Part shown: piece after piece, positions 26,601 to 35,800 of the stretch
Numbering within the stretch: the stretch's first letter is position 1
Layout: every line of letters begins with the position of its first letter
Program-made: the position numbers and the translations under genes
The notes under the pieces: model-generated
What the model was told of the DNA's origin: nothing
What the model saw: the letters and a program-made list of their open reading frames with translations, nothing else
Database searches by the model: none
Source of the DNA: Armatimonadota bacterium
Lineage (GTDB): Bacteria > Armatimonadota > Armatimonadia > Armatimonadales > Armatimonadaceae
Length of the DNA stretch: 64,000 nt
Direction: 5' to 3'
NCBI GenBank assembly: GCA_043754515.1
Contig: JAYUUO010000001.1
Location: forward strand, 538-64,537

Positions 26601-28962
26601 TGCGCTCATAGTCAAAGCGTTCCTGCATGGCTTCGCTAACGACGCCGACCTGTACCGCGCCCTCCTACCGGAGCCAAATGCGCGCAAAGAGAACGAATAT
26701 TACCGTGAACAAGTCTTCAACGGACTCGCGGAACTTTCCGGGCGCAAGGTTCCACTTTTCGACACCCCCCCCAGCTTACGCGAGATAGTGGACGCCGTGC
26801 GCCGCCGCGTTCTCGAGATCGAACTTCGGCGCGGCGACACCGAAACTGCCGCCTCCCACCCCGCGCTCGCACTGCGCTACTCGGGCGGCTTGGACGTGCT
26901 GGTGAAGACCGTTGCCGCGTTCGGGAAAGAGACGTTCGCGCGGGGCTACTCCTACTACGGGGCGGCGAACCGGTCCAACGTTTTCAGCCGCATCATCCGC
27001 GCCACGTTCCCGCGCCCGGAGGACACGTTCGAGGCGTTCGCTCAAGCGGTGAAGGACGCGGGCATTCCCGAAAAACGGCTGGTGGAGATTGGCGTGTATG
27101 CGCCGCAGTGGGCAAAGCACGTCGCGCATACGCTCGGCTGGGACGGCCTTGTGGAGGGCATCTGGTGGTTCCATGCTCACACCAAGGGCAACGATTGGTC
27201 GGTAAACGCTGAACTAAAGGAGACATGGACGGCAGAGATTGCTGACAAGACGTCGCTCACCGCCGCCGACCTCACGGAAGGGGCAGTGGACGTGCAGTGG
27301 TTTTACCGGGTCTACGCGGCACTGGGCAAGGCGCACTGGAAGATGCTCGACGACGCGGCGAAGTACGCAAGTTCGGCGGGTGGGCATAAACGGGCACAAC
27401 TGTTCGCGGACGCGCTACGCGGCAACATCTCCCGCGCCGAACTCCTGGCGCGGATTGTGGACAAGCGAAATCAGGACGCGATCCGCGCGCTCGGGTTGGT
27501 CCCGTTTGCGGACGAAGGAGAGGATAAGGACGCGGATCTCCTGCTTCGCTACAAAGCGTTGCAAGAACTCCTACGCACGTCGAAAACGTTCGGCGCGCAA
27601 CGTCAGGAGTCGGAGAAGTTGTCCACGCGCATCGGGATGGAGAACCTCGCCCGAACCGCCGGGTACGCCGACCCGATCCGCCTGACGTGGGCCATGGAAG
27701 CCGCCGCCGTGGAAGATTTGAAACAGGGCGCGGTCACGAAGACGGTAGGGGACGTTTCGGTATCACTCTCGATAAACGACCTCGGCATGCCGGAACTCGC
27801 GGTGGTCAAGAAAGGCAAAACGCTCGCGAATATCCCGCCCGCTGTCAAGAAGGATGAGGAGGTCGCGACGCTTTCCGCCCGAAAGATTGAGATCACGCGG
27901 CAGGTTTCGCGGATGCGCGAGTCGCTGGAGAACGCGATGTGCCGTGGCGATGAATTCTCCGGCAAGGAACTGGGGGAGCTACTGGAGCATCCGGTCTTGC
28001 GCCCGCTACTCCGCAATATGGTGTTCGTCGAGGCGGAGGGGCGCGAGGCCGTAGCCGGTTACCCCCGAACAGGGGAGAAGGGTGTCACGTTGTCGGACCA
28101 TGCGCACCAGACTTATGCCATCGCTCCCGACACCATGCTCCGTATTGCGCACCCGTACGACCTGCTGCAAACGGGGGTTTGGGACAAGTGGCAGAAGGAC
28201 TGCTTCCTGAGCGAGCGGGTCCAGCCGTTCAAGCAGGTGTTCCGCGAGTTGTACGTGCTGACCGATTCCGAGACGACCGACGGCACGAAGTCGCGGCGGT
28301 ACTCCGGACATCAGGTGAACCCGAAGCAAGCCCTCGCGCTTTTCAACAAGCGCGGGTGGATCGGGGGCGGCGAGTACGACTACGACGGCGACGGGCCGCG
28401 CAAGACGTTCCACGAGGACGGCTACACGGTGTCGGTGAGTTTCATGGGCTACACGGCGACGCCGGCGGATGTCGAGGGACAGACGCTGGAAGAGGTGCGG
28501 TTCACGAAGAAGGGCGAGTGGAAGCCCGTCGAACTGAAATCGGTCCCGCCCCGCGTGTTCAGCGAAGCCATGCGCGACCTGGATCTCGTGGTATCGGTGG
28601 CTCACGTCGGCGGGGTGGACCCGGAGGCGTCCCAGAGCACGACCGAGATGCGGGCCGCGCTACTGCGGGAGATGCTAGGGTTGCTCAAGATCGAGAACGT
28701 GCGCCTCGAAAAGACGCACGCGCTCATTGATGGCAAATTGGCTACCTATAGCATCCACCTCGGCTCGGCGGTGGCGCATCGGCAACCGGGCGGCTACCTG
28801 TGTATCGTGCCGGTACACAGCCAGCATCGCGGGCGCATCTTCCTACCGTTCGTGGATTCCGACCCGCGCACGGCGGAGGTGATGTCGAAAGTCATCACGC
28901 TCGCGAAGGATAGCGAGATCAAGGACCCGACGATCCTGGAGCAGATCCTCGCGGTGCGGTAG
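23686..28962 (+). CDS. 1758-aa DUF4132-type protein (MolR/YehH/YehI-like), helical-repeat N-terminal region
   Basis: C-terminal core LRIAHPYDLLQTGVWDKWQKDCFLSERVQPFKQVFRELY matches my recollection of the DUF4132 signature (HP..L...W...QPF.Q..RE.Y). The N-terminal two-thirds is long and alpha-helical. Confidence 0.75.
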   Translation: MLNPQLAAERLKEFSVDGGVALQKARIANFPGAFRESALALLGLKSDGTPFIQEGNYNSNAYQALNKARDAANKQLDMLNVAELETFFGAFFPRMGSLLAAWWKPEGSSLYQGMSNRRPFRMDRGAQTDEARQERRNILSTLISGFTQYQEMSLDWFAAWVPYLGAYHADTFSKLFAFAIDRNDELGDAVFHTLLESGKGEHEIGAMGRHVTRGLLSASREEGWEWVEKLLLAAQRQEGLRQSVLEVIDEANPLAFRRMLKLIRENDLFRFSATIRAADTWFGMNWVAYEKLSVKAANAATETVETFLLDPAGRDAVRAETTDGQTVYLALWATAFDDAHAALRAAVPLLSDPLLVRRYAALHLLIELRMKETRPAILAAFDDPDLRMSQKAFGAGNWYESADADGFDVLAVMMQEQNALVTEALEASENNASGAVATFFHGLKDAVSGLVQTLSPAVVPPPPSPLPRSAGEGELDAESVSTSRDGTPAGEFTLASSSPSPAERGRGLGGGGTTDDRFERIERNIGRFPVRAKELEPVIWEWDKLTAHAESLADRLPNLLGKRPVERLFPFVKMMSSYGRSTIASTIANRKDKTPEMRELLFDLFADAQSYVRDAALKAVDKFDITEPEAERIEGLLTRKAADLRKASLTLLLKRDDDAALASGERLTAARDSNQRVAGLDLLTQMVERKRQPARARGIVTAFVAARADKITPAEKAMTEPLTSDTHEKATLENALGLLDMTKLSRFGPPTMPIPVPDLEGCAATPILYALEALIEKHKEAEVKSPYSDEDTYLLGTNAYWFPSPRMDMPLETDIERLPLRDIWTDFWQQRPAELRDPDGRELMRAQVAKAKANEKKFNHSPIILDLLKWFERMDTSRDLHSDTEFILAAAEYQIVSVPESIRGSTAHGIIKGEAVDWRSTMRGKWNWYAVLQDHVEAHGDDWTPEQISRAFRLARYVDRPYKKAVSNPVPFALIVKAFLHGFANDADLYRALLPEPNARKENEYYREQVFNGLAELSGRKVPLFDTPPSLREIVDAVRRRVLEIELRRGDTETAASHPALALRYSGGLDVLVKTVAAFGKETFARGYSYYGAANRSNVFSRIIRATFPRPEDTFEAFAQAVKDAGIPEKRLVEIGVYAPQWAKHVAHTLGWDGLVEGIWWFHAHTKGNDWSVNAELKETWTAEIADKTSLTAADLTEGAVDVQWFYRVYAALGKAHWKMLDDAAKYASSAGGHKRAQLFADALRGNISRAELLARIVDKRNQDAIRALGLVPFADEGEDKDADLLLRYKALQELLRTSKTFGAQRQESEKLSTRIGMENLARTAGYADPIRLTWAMEAAAVEDLKQGAVTKTVGDVSVSLSINDLGMPELAVVKKGKTLANIPPAVKKDEEVATLSARKIEITRQVSRMRESLENAMCRGDEFSGKELGELLEHPVLRPLLRNMVFVEAEGREAVAGYPRTGEKGVTLSDHAHQTYAIAPDTMLRIAHPYDLLQTGVWDKWQKDCFLSERVQPFKQVFRELYVLTDSETTDGTKSRRYSGHQVNPKQALALFNKRGWIGGGEYDYDGDGPRKTFHEDGYTVSVSFMGYTATPADVEGQTLEEVRFTKKGEWKPVELKSVPPRVFSEAMRDLDLVVSVAHVGGVDPEASQSTTEMRAALLREMLGLLKIENVRLEKTHALIDGKLATYSIHLGSAVAHRQPGGYLCIVPVHSQHRGRIFLPFVDSDPRTAEVMSKVITLAKDSEIKDPTILEQILAVR
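25057..25226. repeat. 170-bp palindromic element embedded in-frame in the giant CDS
   Basis: Arms 25057-25116 and 25167-25226 are perfect reverse complements (60/60, checked base by base), with a 50-bp spacer. It is translated as VVPPPPSPLPRSAGEGELDA...SSSPSPAERGRGLGGGGTT. Confidence 0.9.
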
Positions 28963-28993
28963 TCACGGGCGATTGCCGGTATAATGGGGTGAT

Positions 28994-30535
28994 ATGATTC
29001 GACGTATCGCCCCATTGCTCGCCACGCTTCTGTGCGCGGCTCCCGCTATCCCCGTTCTCGCGCAAGGTGCCGACCTCGGTACTCAGACAAAGCCCGCCGC
29101 GACCGACCCTCAGGCGGCGCGGACCGCGTTTCAAGCGGGAGTCGCCGCGTTCCGAAAAGGCGACCTGGAGATGGCTGAGACGCAACTCGCGAAATCAGTC
29201 GCCGCCGACGCCACTAACGGCGATGCCGAGGGTTTGTACGGGTTCCTTTTGCTCAAGCGTAACAAGCCGGGCGAGGCGGTGCCACATCTGGAGAACGCCG
29301 TCGCGCTGAAGCCGTTGATCGCCGACCACTACACAAACCTGGGCAACGCGTTGCTACTGAAAGACGGGCGCACCCCCGCCGACACCGCGCGCGCTTTGGA
29401 AGTATTCAAGAAGGCGGTCGCCATCGCGCCCGATTCCGCCGAGGCATTGTTTAACATGGCACTCGCGTACACGCGCCTGGGACGTCCCCGCGAAGCCATC
29501 CCGGCTTACCGACGGGTGACCGAGATCAACCCCAAAAACGACCGCGCGTTCGGCGCGCTCGCTCAAGCCTACGTCGCGCTTAATGATTACGATAGCGCGG
29601 CAACCGCGTTTCGCGGAGCCGCTTCCCTCACCCCGCAACGAGCCGACGTTTGGACGAACTTGGGCATCGCCGAGTCGAAGAAGTTACACCCCGACCGTCA
29701 GGCCGCAATCAGCGCGCTGGAAATGGCGCGTAAGCTGGACATCACCAATCCGCAAGTGCTTACCTTGTTAGGACAACTGTACGCGGAAGGAACACGGCCC
29801 GAAGCCTCCGCCGAAGCGTTCGCCGCCGCCGCTGACGAACTCGAAGTCAAAAAGGCCCCGGAGGCCGCCGCCGCGCGGTACAACCAGGGTGTCATGCTCA
29901 CCAAGCTGGGCAAAACGGATGAGGCTCTCGCCGCATACGAGAAGGCACTGGTTCTTCGCCCGTCTTATTTTGAGCCGGCGTTCAATGCAGGGCGGCTTCT
30001 TTACAAAGCCGGCCGGTTCCCCGACGCCGTTGCGAAGTTCGCGCTCGCGACCAAGGCCGAACCGAAGTCAGCGGTCGCGTGGACGAACTACGGGCTAGCG
30101 CTGATGAAGCAGGGGGATGAACCCGGCACCATCGCCGCGCTGAAGCACGCCACCGACCTTAAAAGCGACGATTACGTGACCCGCGACGCCCTGGCCGGGA
30201 TTTATATGCGCCGCAAAAGCTACGACGATGCCGTCGCCCTTTACAAGCAGATGGCGCGCATCCGCCCCGCCTCCGGGTTGCCATGGAGTGCGCTCGGGCT
30301 CGCTTATCACCGTAAAGGCGAGGACGAAAAGGCGATCAGCGCGCTTGGGATCGCTACGAAGAAGGAGCCGAAACTAGCGGCGGCATTCAACAACCTGGGC
30401 GTCGTTTATGAAACGCGGGCGCAGTTCAAGCTGGCAATAGCATCCTACAAGAAGGCTATCGCCGCCGACCCGAACTTCGCCGATGCGCGTACAAACCTCG
30501 CCCGCTACTCCAAGACCAACCCAGTGACCCCGTGA
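28994..30535 (+). CDS. secreted TPR-repeat protein
   Basis: Signal-like N-terminus (IAPLLATLLCAAPAIPVLAQG), followed by more than 10 TPR-like 34-aa repeats (A..Y..AL.L.P....A..NLG). Confidence 0.85.
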   Translation: MIRRIAPLLATLLCAAPAIPVLAQGADLGTQTKPAATDPQAARTAFQAGVAAFRKGDLEMAETQLAKSVAADATNGDAEGLYGFLLLKRNKPGEAVPHLENAVALKPLIADHYTNLGNALLLKDGRTPADTARALEVFKKAVAIAPDSAEALFNMALAYTRLGRPREAIPAYRRVTEINPKNDRAFGALAQAYVALNDYDSAATAFRGAASLTPQRADVWTNLGIAESKKLHPDRQAAISALEMARKLDITNPQVLTLLGQLYAEGTRPEASAEAFAAAADELEVKKAPEAAAARYNQGVMLTKLGKTDEALAAYEKALVLRPSYFEPAFNAGRLLYKAGRFPDAVAKFALATKAEPKSAVAWTNYGLALMKQGDEPGTIAALKHATDLKSDDYVTRDALAGIYMRRKSYDDAVALYKQMARIRPASGLPWSALGLAYHRKGEDEKAISALGIATKKEPKLAAAFNNLGVVYETRAQFKLAIASYKKAIAADPNFADARTNLARYSKTNPVTP

Positions 30536-30548
30536 AAGGTGCGAACGC

Positions 30549-31445
30549 GTGAGCCAAACGGTCGGACTGTTGATCAACGAGACCAAGCCCGCCGCCGTGG
30601 AAGCGGCGCGGGATCTCGCCGCGTTCCTAGAAGGGAGCGGGACGATGGTGCTTATGCAGGACGCGGTGGCGACGCTGATCCGGGGCACGGGCTGTCACGG
30701 CATACCGACGCGCGACGATGTGGTTGCGTGTTGCGACTTCGTTGTCGTGTTCGGCGGTGATGGTACCTTGCTCGCCGCATGCCGTACGGTAGCCCCGCAC
30801 AACAAACCCATCCTCGCCGCGCACCTCGGACACTTCGGCTTTTTAAGTCAGGTTTCGCCGCAAGGGCTACAAGGGGCGGTTGAGAGGGTGTTGGCGGGGG
30901 AGATCTCGGTCGAGGAGCGGGGGATGCTTGAGGCGCGCATACGGCGCGTCGGCGGCGCGAATCCGGGCGACTGCGAGACGCTCCTTGGAATGAACGATGT
31001 CGTGGTGGCGGGGGGGGCGGTGCGGCTGATCTATGTTCAAACGCGGGTCGGAGGCGAGATGCTGGCGACGTACGCGGCGGACGGCGTGATCGTGGCGACG
31101 CCGACCGGCTCGACGGGCTATTCGCTATCGGCGGGCGGGCCGCTCGTACACCCTTCGACACCGGTTTTCGTGATCGCGCCGATCTGCCCGCACACGCTTT
31201 CCGCCCGCCCCCTGATTATTCCGAACACGGAAACCGTGGAGTTATGTATCGAGGCGAACCGCACCGACACGACGGGCGTCGCCTCCATTGACGGCCAAAT
31301 CGAGGTGATCATCGCGCCGGGGGATGTCGTAAGCGTCGCGCAAGCACCCCACACGATCAAGTTCCTGCGGGTGGGGGATGCGCCGTCGTTCTATGAGAAG
31401 ATTCGCAACCGCTGGCACTACGGGGAGCGGCACAATGGCGGATGA
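30549..31445 (+). CDS. nadK: NAD kinase
   Basis: GGDGT motif (VVVFGGDGTLL), NDVVV and TPTGSTGYSLSAGGP. GTG start at 30549. Confidence 0.9.
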   Translation: MSQTVGLLINETKPAAVEAARDLAAFLEGSGTMVLMQDAVATLIRGTGCHGIPTRDDVVACCDFVVVFGGDGTLLAACRTVAPHNKPILAAHLGHFGFLSQVSPQGLQGAVERVLAGEISVEERGMLEARIRRVGGANPGDCETLLGMNDVVVAGGAVRLIYVQTRVGGEMLATYAADGVIVATPTGSTGYSLSAGGPLVHPSTPVFVIAPICPHTLSARPLIIPNTETVELCIEANRTDTTGVASIDGQIEVIIAPGDVVSVAQAPHTIKFLRVGDAPSFYEKIRNRWHYGERHNGG

Positions 31446-32346
31446 GTCCGTGCCCACCGCATTGGGAGACACTGTGCAGGCCGTTACCGGGAGGCGGGTC
31501 ACGGCTTGCGTGCCGCTGACGCGCTCCAGCGGCTACTCGCCCGCGCTAAGGATTCGTGCCCATTTCGCCGACGGCACCACGGCCTTCGTGAAAGCGGCGA
31601 CCAACGATTTCACCGCGAACTCAATCCGGCGCGAGGAGGTTGTCTATCGCTCGCTCGGGGAGCAGCTGTTCCTGCCCGCCTACATCGGCGTCGGAGAGTA
31701 TGAGCAGGGACGCTCGCTACTCATCCTGGAGGATCTGTCCGATTCCTATTGGGGGCCGCCGTGGCGCGAGGGTGACGTGGCGAAGGTTCTGGCGATGCTG
31801 GAGCAGGTACGTCCGCTCGCCTCACGGTTCCCCGCCGACTTCCTTCCGTCACAGGACGCCGAACGGCACGGCCTCGCCTCCTGGGCCAGGGTCGCCGCCG
31901 ACCCGGAGCCGTTCCTGACGCTGGGGTATTGCTCCCGTGACTGGCTGGAAGCCGCGCTACCGGTTCTGCTTAACGCCGACGAGACGGCGGTACTGGCGGG
32001 GGACGATCTGGTACATCAGGATGTGCGGAGCGATAACCTGTGCTTTACCGCAGACGGACGCGCGATACTGGTGGACTGGAATTGGGCGTGCTACGGTAAC
32101 GGAACGGTTGACATCGCGGGGTGGCTACCGAGCCTTCGTAGCGAGGGCGGACCCGCGCCGGAGAGCGTACTGCCGGATGACCCCGCGCTCGCCGGGATAC
32201 TGGCCGGATTCTGGGCTGCTAACGCGGGGCTTCCCGCGCACGACTTCGACCCCGCGGGGCGCATCCGGCGATTGCAGAGGACGCAGGTCGCCGTGGCTTT
32301 GCCGTGGGCGGCGCGGGAACTCGGGCTCCCGCCCCCATGCCCTTGA
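31435..32346 (+). CDS. aminoglycoside-phosphotransferase-fold (APH/choline kinase-like) kinase
   Basis: LVHQDVRSDNLCF (HxDxxxxN) and ILVDWNWA (metal-binding Asp). Start placed at ATG 31435, overlapping the nadK end by 11 nt. Confidence 0.7.
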   Translation: MADESVPTALGDTVQAVTGRRVTACVPLTRSSGYSPALRIRAHFADGTTAFVKAATNDFTANSIRREEVVYRSLGEQLFLPAYIGVGEYEQGRSLLILEDLSDSYWGPPWREGDVAKVLAMLEQVRPLASRFPADFLPSQDAERHGLASWARVAADPEPFLTLGYCSRDWLEAALPVLLNADETAVLAGDDLVHQDVRSDNLCFTADGRAILVDWNWACYGNGTVDIAGWLPSLRSEGGPAPESVLPDDPALAGILAGFWAANAGLPAHDFDPAGRIRRLQRTQVAVALPWAARELGLPPPCP

Positions 32347-32368
32347 AACAAAGCGGCGACAGGGCGGC

Positions 32369-32406
32369 AAAAAAAGGGCGCGGCTTCCTCCCCAGAAAGC
32401 CGCGCC
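32369..32406 (-). terminator. intrinsic terminator oriented for the minus strand
   Basis: 10-bp stem GGCGCGGCTT / AAGCCGCGCC (32377-32386 / 32397-32406) with a 10-nt loop. A7 at 32369-32375 precedes it on the + strand, which gives U7 after the hairpin on the minus strand. Confidence 0.55.
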
Positions 32407-32634
32407 GTCCCTTACTCTCGACCAGGCAGTGTGTCCGCTCCCCAACGTCTACACCGCCCATCCCGACTCCTCCGGCGGGTCTCGCTCCCCAACGATTCCC
32501 GTTACCGGAAGACTGATCTAGTCTCGCTCGTGGAAAGTAGGTACCCGCCGTGGTAGGTATCTAAACATTCCGCGCTCCGTTCATCACGGCTTCCATAGTG
32601 CGTTAGTTTCCTTATCATTAGGCAAACAATTCGT

Positions 32635-32663
32635 TTGTAAAGTGTTATGATCTGCTGTAAAAT
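32635..32663 (+). promoter_or_regulatory. gyrA promoter candidate
   Basis: TTGTAA (32635-32640), 17 nt, TAAAAT (32658-32663), in the only AT-rich stretch upstream of gyrA. This implies a leader of about 180 nt. Confidence 0.45.
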
Positions 32664-32690
32664 GACTCTAGTATAGGCCGACTTTAGGCG

Positions 32691-32736
32691 GGGCGACCCA
32701 CGGTGAAAAAGTACCAGGGTCGCCCTGTTTCTGTCT
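32691..32736 (+). promoter_or_regulatory. hairpin plus U-rich tract in the gyrA leader (attenuator candidate)
   Basis: GGGCGACCC (32691-32699), 17-nt loop, GGGTCGCCC (32717-32725), followed by TGTTTCTGTCT. Confidence 0.35.
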
Positions 32737-32847
32737 GCATGTTGGTGGCGTGTTCATCATAGGACCGCCACTGCTGATCCAGCCGGTGCCACCAAATCTG
32801 ATTAGTGATTCCCGGATTTTATGAAGTGAGGAGAAGTAGTTTCCCCG

Positions 32848-35800
32848 ATGGCTGAACCTTTAGATGAACCCGTAACTCCCGCCTCTACTCCCGACGCCTC
32901 CGGAGCGGCAGTCCTCGATACCCCGGCCCCCGCGCGCAGCTTATCCGCGTACGACGGCCCTGCGATTGACATCGCCGGCGAACTGCGCACGTCGTACCTC
33001 GGCTACGCGATGAGTACCATCGTGTCCCGCGCTCTACCCGACGTACGCGATGGCCTGAAACCAGTGCAACGCCGCATCCTGTACGCGATGCGTGAACTCG
33101 GGCTGTCACCGAACTCCCGGCACTTGAAGTCCGCGAAGGTTGTGGGCGAGTGCTTCGTCGCCGGTACCCGTGTGGCGACCCCAACCGGTTTGAGACGGAT
33201 CGAGGATTTACAAGTTGGTGACGTGGTATGTACGCAGTCCGGTGTTCGCGCCGTGACTGAGGCTTATGTCATGCCCGAGCAACCGCTTCTCGATGTCGAA
33301 CTCGGTAGCGGGCGCAACGTGTTTTGCACTCCCGGTCAATGCTTTAAGGTGCTGATGCCCGATCTGTCCACGATTTGGAAGCGGGCGGATGAACTCGTGC
33401 TGGGCGATAATGTCGTTACACGTGGCGGCACGACGGCGCGGGATGTACCCGCATCTGCTTCCTACCCTACTGTTGATGGCGTCGGCATTGACGAAGATAT
33501 GGCATACCTCCTCGGATTCTTTCTCGCGGATGGCTGGGTGGACCGGGATAATAAACGTGGTTATCGTCGTCTGGCTTTCGCTGCGGTGGAACGCGCCATC
33601 ATCGAACGTATTCAGGATATATTGACACGCAAATTCGGCGTGACTGCTTCGATCACGGGGCGGGGCAACATGTTCAACCTGCGCGTCAATAACTCCGCCC
33701 TTAATCGCCTCATCATCAACACCTTTGGATTGGAGGAGAAGCGGGCCGGCAATATATCCGTCCCGGAATTATTGTTTGACGCCCAAGCGGAAGTGTTGTA
33801 CTCGTTTGTTTCCGGCTTTTCGGATGGCGACGGTTCAGTACATAAGTCTCGCAACATGATGGTGCTGACCACGATTTCACGCCCATTCTTGCACGACCTC
33901 AGCGTTCTGTTGTTCGCCCGGAGCATTCACAGTCGCCTCCTTCCTTACGATAAAGTGGGCGGCAATACGGAGTACGCGCTCGAGATCGGTAGTCGCTCAC
34001 TCCATGAATTGGGTCAGAACCTGACGCATTCGCATCCCTTTAAGGCGGAGCGGCTCGCCGCGATTCTGGCATCTGGCAATTACCAGCCTGAGAAAGCGAC
34101 AAAGATTCCTTACCTTGGGGCTTTGCTACTAGACGAGTTCCGCGAGAAACATCTAGGCGGCGGGTGGTACGCTGGTGCCGGAGGCGAGAAGGTACGTTCA
34201 GGGTTGAAGTATGCTAACGGTGTAAAAATCAGATACAGTTCTGAGATAAACGAATCATTCGTTGTCTCAATGGACAGTCTGAACACGGTCGGGCTACTGG
34301 CCAAAATGACATCCATCGGCTCGCGCTACCTCGACCTGCTAACACAATGGGAGCGGGATGGGGTGGCTTTTCACCCCGTCAGGGCCGTTCGTCTGGCTGC
34401 CTCCGAAGTAACCTACGACATCCAGGTCGAAGGGGAGCACGAGTTTGTCGCGAACGGGATGATCGTCCACAACTGCATGGGGAACTTTCACCCGCATGGC
34501 GACCAGGCTTTATACGGCACGATGGTGCGTATGGCGCAACCGTTCTCGCTCCGCTACCCGATGGTAGACGGGCAAGGGAACTTCGGCTGTTTTACCGGTG
34601 ATACTAAAATCAAGTTGCTCGATGGCACGGAGAAGTCTTTCGCGGAGCTTTCTGCCCTACCGGAGGGGGAGATCTTTCACGTATATTCCGCCGATAAACA
34701 CGGGCGTATCGTCGTTGGCGAAGGTCGTCACTCTCGAGTGACACGAAGCAACGCGTCACTAGTTCGCGTCACACTCGACAACGGTGCTACGATCCGCTGT
34801 ACCCCGGACCACCGCTTTCTGTTGCGGAACGGTGAGTATAAAGAGGCGCGACACCTGACGCCGGATGACAGCTTCTTAGCTGGCTACTTCGATACGGCTC
34901 CGGTCAAGCCGGGGTTGAACCCGTACCTGCGTGTGCAACAACCCATCACGGGCGAATGGGAGTTCGTGCATTGGCTTGCGGACGAATTCAACGCGGACAG
35001 GGGAATTTCCAGTGGGAGTGGCAAGGCGTTCGTTCGTCACCACATCAACTTTAACCACTTTGACAACCGACCCTCGAATATTGACCGCATGGGGTTTCTG
35101 GAGCATCTGCACCTTCATGCCGAACACATGGCGGCTCTCTGGGAAGATCCCGCTTTCCGCGAGACACAGCATGCGGGTGTTGTTCGTTACTACAATGATA
35201 ACCCCCAGGCCCGTGAGTCGCGCCGCAAGCATATGATCGAGCAAAACACAGATCCCGCATTCCGCGCCGCGAACGGGGCGAGGGTCGCGCTGCCATTACG
35301 AGAGCGGTACGCAAATGACCCCGAAGCCCGAGCGATATTGTCGGAGCGTATGAAGGCGTTGTGGGCGGATGATGAATACCGCGCGAAGATGAGCGACGCC
35401 CTGAGTGGCATTGAGAAGCGCCCGCTCACTGTGGCGCAGCGGGCTGAGGTATCCCGCGTCGTCGGTGAAAAAAGTCGCGCCATGTGGAGTGATGATGCAA
35501 AGCGCGAGGAGATCATCGCCGCGATTGTTTCCGCGATGGCGTCTCCTGAACTACGTGAACGGTTGCGCGAGAATGCCCGCGCCATGTGGCAAGATCCGGC
35601 GTACCGCGCCCGGTTTAGTCCTACTCACCACAAGGATATGGCAACGACTCTCTGGAGCAGGCCAGAAACGCGCGAGATGCACCGCGAGAAGGTCGCGGGA
35701 CAATGGCAGGAGGAGTCGTTCCGGGTCGCTCAGCGCGACGGGGTACGCATCAGCAACGCCCGCCGCCTCGTAGCGAATCCGGGGCAGATGCACGAGATCG

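Noticed and set aside
32219-32461. An 80-aa minus-strand ORF with a strong GGAGGAG-N5-ATG in the candidate sRNA region.
   Set aside because: It would read through the U7 intrinsic terminator and continue antisense into the kinase-like gene. The product is low-complexity. Only the possibility of a non-coding transcript was kept.
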